Positions 27,565 to 32,000 of a stretch of 32,000 nucleotides of DNA are shown piece by piece. Within the stretch, counting starts at the first letter, position 1; every line of letters starts with the position of its first letter. A program made the translations under genes and the position numbers. The stretch is from Alphaproteobacteria bacterium. Lineage in GTDB: Bacteria; Pseudomonadota; Alphaproteobacteria; JAJTHO01; CANGYM01. The stretch is taken from positions 6,415 to 38,414 of the forward strand of contig CANGYM010000003.1 of assembly GCA_947458145.1 (NCBI GenBank), in the 5' to 3' direction. Below the pieces are notes generated by a model. That model was given only the letters and a program-made list of their open reading frames with translations. It was not told the origin of the DNA and did not search any database.

Positions 27565-28917
27565 TTAGGGCTGCCACGATACATGTTGAGAAGTTTTGGG
27601 ATGATCGTTGAAATAGGATTGTGTTGCTGCCACAATCCCCCGCACCAATTTTTCACGATGGCTCTTTTGTAACAACAGCCATTCTTCCTTGGGGTTGGAT
27701 AAATATCCCATTTCAATCAAAACCGATGGCACATCCGGTGCCTTTAAAACCACAAACCCCGCAAAACGGTGGGATTCGTATTTCAGTTTAATGGATGAAG
27801 ATAGCTCTGTCACCAAGCGCGTGGCATAATCCGCCGAGGCATTCATGGTGCCCCGCTGGACCAGATCAATCAAAATGTTGCTGACATCTTCGGATTCCCC
27901 CGATAAATCAACGCCGGCGATAATGTCGGACTGGTTTTCTTTGTTGGCCAGCTTGGCCGCTTCGCGGTCAGACGCCCGTTCAGACAGGGTATAGACAGAC
28001 ATACCCGTGGCTTCGGCATTAATCGCTGAATCCGCATGCAGGGAAATGAACAAATCCGCCTTGGCCGAACGCGCCACATCAATCCGCCCCCTGAGTGAAA
28101 CATAACTATCGCCGTTTCGTGTCAGGACCACTTTATATCCTGGCAAGGCCCGAAAGGCGGCGGCCAATTCTTGCGCGGCTTTTAAAACCAGATCTTTTTC
28201 TTGGGTGCCGCGCTTACCCGTGGCCCCCGGGTCTTTGCCCCCATGACCAGGATCCAAAACAATGACGATGGGCTCATTGGAAACAGAGGCGGATGTTTTG
28301 TTTTTTTCTGTTTTTAGGGGCTCAGGAGTAGACGATAATGCCTCCTGCTTTGGGGTATTTTGGGTCTCTTGACTGTCTTTGGGGGCAGATAAAACAACAG
28401 GTGCCAAGGGGGTTTTTGTGTCTGCTGTTAGAGATGTTTCAGCGTTTGGTGTATCCTGAAGGGGCGTATCTTTCTTGACCATCATCAAAGGTCGAGGTTG
28501 TGATTCCTGAGGAACGCTGGTTTTTTTGTCTGCCATCACGCGGCTGGCGGGACGGATTTTGGAAAAAGAAATGGACAGGACAGGGGGGCGATAGCCTGCT
28601 TCAACCGAGGCGCTTCCCACCAGATCAAAAACCAATCGATAGGTATTAGGGCTGTTTTTTGCCCGACGAAAGGCCTTGACAACCCCTTCCTTGGGCAAGG
28701 AGGGGTTTTGAGCATTCCAAGCGGTTTTTTTCAGATCAATCACCAAACGATCCGGATGCGTCAACGTAAAAACCCGCATTTCAGGTTTTGTTTTTTCCAG
28801 AAAGGTCATTTGAATGGATTTTGGCCCCACATTCAGGGCCATAAGGGCGTTGGGATCAGCATTTGCGCCACCCCCAAAGGCCAAAATCAGAAAAAATAAC
28901 CACAGCGCGGCCTTCAT
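27565..28917 (-). CDS. amiC: N-acetylmuramoyl-L-alanine amidase (AMIN domain + Amidase_3), AmiC-like
   Basis: 450 aa with a Sec-type signal peptide, an N-terminal AMIN-like beta region and a long Pro/Thr/Ser/Lys-rich linker. The catalytic domain carries VLDPGHGGKDPGA, ISLHADS and VLIEMGYLSN. Confidence 0.85.
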   Translation of the reverse strand: MKAALWLFFLILAFGGGANADPNALMALNVGPKSIQMTFLEKTKPEMRVFTLTHPDRLVIDLKKTAWNAQNPSLPKEGVVKAFRRAKNSPNTYRLVFDLVGSASVEAGYRPPVLSISFSKIRPASRVMADKKTSVPQESQPRPLMMVKKDTPLQDTPNAETSLTADTKTPLAPVVLSAPKDSQETQNTPKQEALSSTPEPLKTEKNKTSASVSNEPIVIVLDPGHGGKDPGATGKRGTQEKDLVLKAAQELAAAFRALPGYKVVLTRNGDSYVSLRGRIDVARSAKADLFISLHADSAINAEATGMSVYTLSERASDREAAKLANKENQSDIIAGVDLSGESEDVSNILIDLVQRGTMNASADYATRLVTELSSSIKLKYESHRFAGFVVLKAPDVPSVLIEMGYLSNPKEEWLLLQKSHREKLVRGIVAATQSYFNDHPKTSQHVSWQP

Positions 28918-28940
28918 GGTTTTTCTTTATTCTTTTGTTC

Positions 28941-30737
28941 TTAAGATTCCAGAACCATTTTAACAGTCCCCGCCAATTGTTTCAAGCTAAAGGGTTTGGG
29001 GATAAAATGGACATGATCCAAACTTTCCAGCTTTGTTCGAATGCTTTCTTCCGCATAGCCGGAAACGCAAATGACTTTCAGATCGGGATCTTTTTTGCGC
29101 ATAATTTCAATTAAGGTTGGTCCATCAATCACCGGCATCATCACATCCGTCAGCAAAAGGTCGATTTTCAAATCAGGATCGTTTTGCAGGATTTGCAGAG
29201 CCACATCACCGCTGCGGGCTTCAATGACCGTATACCCCTTGTTTTTTAAAACACGAGAGCTGAAAATCCGCACGGGATCTTCATCCTCAACAAGCAGGAT
29301 GGTCCCCATACCGGTTAAATCACCGGTTTTTTCTTCAGTCACCACTTCAGCAACGCGCTCGGGCCCCGTATAGCGGGGCAGATAGATTTTAAAGGTCGTG
29401 CCGCGCCCGAGGGCGCTGTTCACCTCGATAATGCCGCCGCTTTGGCGCACAATGCCATAAACGGTGGCCAAACCCAATCCTGTCCCTGAACCCACCTCTT
29501 TTGTGGAAAAAAAGGGATCAAAAATTTTGTTTAAATGGGCAGGATCAATCCCCTTGCCTGTATCGGTCACACTCAGGATCACATAATCGCCTGAGGGTGT
29601 GGTGTCATTTCCGATATTTAAGGCCTCTGTCAACGTCATATTTTCTGTTCGCAGCAACAAGGATCCGCCATGCTCCATGGCATCACGGGCATTGACGCAT
29701 AAATTCACAATAACTTGCTCTAGCTGGGTTTTATCGGCGCGGACGTTCCAGAGTTCCCTGACATGCTGAACATCCAACTGGATGGATTCGCCAATTAATC
29801 GTTGCAGCAAATGGGTAATCTCAGCAATGGCATCTGGTATTTTTAAAACCTGAAGCTCCAGCTTTTGTTGACGGGAAAACGCCAACAATTGACGCACCAA
29901 CGCGGTGGCCCGTTTTGCGTTTTGATGAATGTGGTTGATATCGGCAAAAGACGGATCCCCCGCAATATGCCGCTGCAAAAGCAAATCGCAAAAACCACTG
30001 ATGGCGGTGAGCAAATTATTAAAATCATGGGCAATCCCCCCTGCCAATTGCCCAACAGCCTGCATCTTTTGGGATTGGGAAAATTGCATTTCCAGCATTT
30101 TGCGATCGGTAATATCCATCAGATACACCAAAAACTCAGCAGGTAGGCTTTTTTTATCCGAGGACAATAACTGCAAATGAACCAGCAATGTTTTTTCAGG
30201 CCCAGAAAGATCAATTTTTTTTAACACGTTGAAGGATTTTAGGGGCATTTCAAAACGGGCATACCGTTTTTCGGCAACGGAGGTTTCAAATTGAGACGCT
30301 ATATAGTTTTTTTGGGAATCATCAATAAAATCAAGAAAATCCTGATTAAAAATACGGTCCTCTTCCAGCCCGATCATCTCGCAGAACGCAGGGTTCATGC
30401 TTTTGATTTTCCGGCTTTCTTCCAAAAGGGCCAATCCAAAGGGGGCATTAAAGAAATAGGATTGAAGGAGGTCTTTATCCTGTAAAATAATCTGCTGACC
30501 CCGTGTATAAGACAGCTCTGAAAATCGAGATCTTGTGTTATATTTTCGTTTATAATTCTGAAAAACAACAAGCCCAAAAAGACCAAGGCTGGCCATCAGA
30601 AGAACAAAATACCACACATAAAGAAACAAAAGGCTGTTTAAACGGCTCGTGATATACACCACCAAACAGGTCACTAAGATCATGAGTGTTGAGGTTATAA
30701 AAAACCCTTTTTGCGAGCTAAAGAAGGTTTTCATCAT
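28941..30737 (-). CDS. cckA: hybrid sensor histidine kinase/response regulator, CckA-like
   Basis: 598 aa with two N-terminal TM helices and a PAS-like region. The H-box is QKMQAVGQLAGGIAHDFNNLLTAISGFCDLLL...GDPSFADI...LVRQLLAFSRQQ. HATPase N/G boxes (NARDAM, DTGKGI, GTGLGLA) are present. The C-terminal receiver has LLLTDVMMPVIDG and KPF. I recall the H-box region as very close to Caulobacter/Brucella CckA; this is not verified by alignment. Confidence 0.6.
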   Translation of the reverse strand: MMKTFFSSQKGFFITSTLMILVTCLVVYITSRLNSLLFLYVWYFVLLMASLGLFGLVVFQNYKRKYNTRSRFSELSYTRGQQIILQDKDLLQSYFFNAPFGLALLEESRKIKSMNPAFCEMIGLEEDRIFNQDFLDFIDDSQKNYIASQFETSVAEKRYARFEMPLKSFNVLKKIDLSGPEKTLLVHLQLLSSDKKSLPAEFLVYLMDITDRKMLEMQFSQSQKMQAVGQLAGGIAHDFNNLLTAISGFCDLLLQRHIAGDPSFADINHIHQNAKRATALVRQLLAFSRQQKLELQVLKIPDAIAEITHLLQRLIGESIQLDVQHVRELWNVRADKTQLEQVIVNLCVNARDAMEHGGSLLLRTENMTLTEALNIGNDTTPSGDYVILSVTDTGKGIDPAHLNKIFDPFFSTKEVGSGTGLGLATVYGIVRQSGGIIEVNSALGRGTTFKIYLPRYTGPERVAEVVTEEKTGDLTGMGTILLVEDEDPVRIFSSRVLKNKGYTVIEARSGDVALQILQNDPDLKIDLLLTDVMMPVIDGPTLIEIMRKKDPDLKVICVSGYAEESIRTKLESLDHVHFIPKPFSLKQLAGTVKMVLES

Positions 30738-31672
30738 GGACGCTCTTTTTTTAAAAAGGATTCAAGGGTTTCAATAACGGAACGGGGGGAAACATTCGCT
30801 AAGTTTTTTTCCCTGAATATCTTAACCCAAGGTCCGCGCTGGGCGCAACGCACAGGATCCGAAGCATGGGAAAACAGGGCCACAGTGGGGGCGCCGGCAA
30901 CACTCAGAAGATGCAGCGGCCCCGTATCATTGCCAATGGCAAACGTGGCTTGACTTCCCAATGTGGCCAAATCCTGAAACTGGGTTTTTCCGGTCATATC
31001 CAGACATTCGGGGACGGCCTCTTTGATATGGTGATTAAGGTCAGCATCAATCTGGGTTCCAATCAAAACGGGGGTGATGTTGTGTTGCACCAAATACGCG
31101 GCCATTTCGGTGTAATGAGAGACAGGCCACCGTTTTTCCGGACGATGCGCCGAACCCCCTGGCACCAGCAGGGCAAAGGGTTTCTGAGGACACGCCACAG
31201 CAGAAGACACAGCCCAATCCACCCGTGGAGGATAGAAATGTGTCAAACCCGCCAGCCCCAACTGTTCGTTCAAACGTTCAATGGTGTGCATGGTTTTTCG
31301 GTGGGGCGTGTTGTGGCGATAACGACATCCCGCCACAGCGCCGGACCAATGATCCGGCTGATGGGGCCAAAGCATCCAGAAATAGAATGCCGTTCGGTCA
31401 CTATTTTGCAGGTCATACACGCGATCAAACCCTTGGCGCAAAAACCAAGAGCGAAGATGGCCTATTCCTCGAAGGTCCCAAAATCTAGGCTTTTTATCCT
31501 GAGCAACATCATCAAACCAAGGGGCATCAGGGGCAATGGTATGATATGGGGCGCAGGTCAGCAGGGTGATCCTGTCATGGGGGTGATGGGACCTTATGGC
31601 CTCAAAGGCGCCCATGGCTTGGACAAAATCGCCAAAGGCACCATGTTTAATCACCAAAATGCGCTGGGACAT
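30734..31672 (-). CDS. glycosyltransferase family 9 (ADP-heptose:LPS heptosyltransferase-like)
   Basis: 312 aa. ILVIKHGAFGDFVQAM is at the N-terminus. PGGSAHRPEKRWP, TGKTQFQDLATL and IGNDTGPLHLLSVAGAPTVALF are also present. Its stop overlaps the kinase start (ATGA). Confidence 0.8.
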   Translation of the reverse strand: MSQRILVIKHGAFGDFVQAMGAFEAIRSHHPHDRITLLTCAPYHTIAPDAPWFDDVAQDKKPRFWDLRGIGHLRSWFLRQGFDRVYDLQNSDRTAFYFWMLWPHQPDHWSGAVAGCRYRHNTPHRKTMHTIERLNEQLGLAGLTHFYPPRVDWAVSSAVACPQKPFALLVPGGSAHRPEKRWPVSHYTEMAAYLVQHNITPVLIGTQIDADLNHHIKEAVPECLDMTGKTQFQDLATLGSQATFAIGNDTGPLHLLSVAGAPTVALFSHASDPVRCAQRGPWVKIFREKNLANVSPRSVIETLESFLKKERP

Positions 31673-31695
31673 AATGCCTTGGGATCAACACTCAA

Positions 31696-32000
31696 TCAAC
31701 GCTCGTCCATGGGAGCATACCCTTCCATGGGCATGGGGGAAGCTTTAGTGGGCATTTTGTGATCCATCATGGTCCCTTTGGGCATAGGGGCGGATGCAGG
31801 GGGCATCATACCATCGCGGGAGCATTTTCTGTACGTAAACCATACTTTTCTCTGTTCAGGGGTTAAAATACGCCACACCTGAAGATCAGATTCAAATCGG
31901 GCATTGTTCATGGCAGAGGAAGCAGCGTTGTAATCGCCAAACAATGTTTTCAGGTCGTCTTCTTTTGTGGCGGTGTTTTCAAGGCCTTGATAAAGGGCGC
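31696..32000 (-). CDS. periplasmic CpxP/Spy/LTxxQ-family protein with Met-rich C-terminal tail, partial (N-terminus beyond window end)
   Basis: The frame is open to the window edge: manual translation gives ALYQGLENTATKEDDLKTLFGDYNAASSAMNN... LTPEQRKVW is an LTxxQ motif. The C-terminus is MMPPASAPMPKGTMMDHKMPTKASPMPMEGYAPM. The track lists only the TTG-initiated inner part (31696-31944). Confidence 0.5.
   Translation of the reverse strand, partial: ALYQGLENTATKEDDLKTLFGDYNAASSAMNNARFESDLQVWRILTPEQRKVWFTYRKCSRDGMMPPASAPMPKGTMMDHKMPTKASPMPMEGYAPMDER

Noticed and set aside
30866-31762. 298-aa plus-strand ORF antisense to the GT9 gene. Similar cases are the 239-aa ORF 3381-4100 antisense to the hemY-like gene and several 60-155-aa ORFs inside 2249-3199.
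   Set aside because: They overlap better-supported genes on the opposite strand or in another frame. The translations are compositionally odd (Gly/Arg/Pro/His-rich) and lack motifs.

Overview
Dense, almost gap-free core-genome window. By eye it looks alphaproteobacterial at roughly 50% GC, based on EF-G/EF-Tu, the S10-spc ribosomal genes, a CckA-like hybrid kinase and a hemD / Mic60-like / HemY-like triad. Left third (1-9.2 kb): fabF (partial) and acpP on the minus strand, the hemD triad, gmhB, a minus-strand bamE-bolA-rimM operon, ispA, ybaB-recR and a stand-alone MnmC-type FAD oxidoreductase. Middle (9.3-22.0 kb, plus strand): fusA-tuf, then 21 ribosomal-protein genes rpsJ to rplO in canonical order. 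Right third (22.1-32 kb, all minus strand): CpxP/Spy-like (partial), GT9 heptosyltransferase, CckA-like kinase, AmiC-type amidase, PBP1A, M48/TPR protease, arsC and acr3. I recognised no rRNA, tRNA, CRISPR array, transposase, integrase or phage gene. I did not find a convincing new multi-gene system. The best leads are: (1) a probable alphaMic60 homologue between hemD and a hemY-like gene; (2) broken ribosomal superoperon synteny, with no rpsL-rpsG before fusA and no secY-adk after rplO, where a regulator-less arsC-acr3 pair sits instead; (3) a tightly coupled 10-kb envelope gene string that includes the CckA-like kinase; (4) an unusually long L30 reading frame overlapping rpsE; (5) a G10 homopolymer in the M48 protease; and (6) an orphan intrinsic-terminator-like hairpin upstream of ispA. 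All functional calls rest on motif recognition in the supplied translations, not on database searches.
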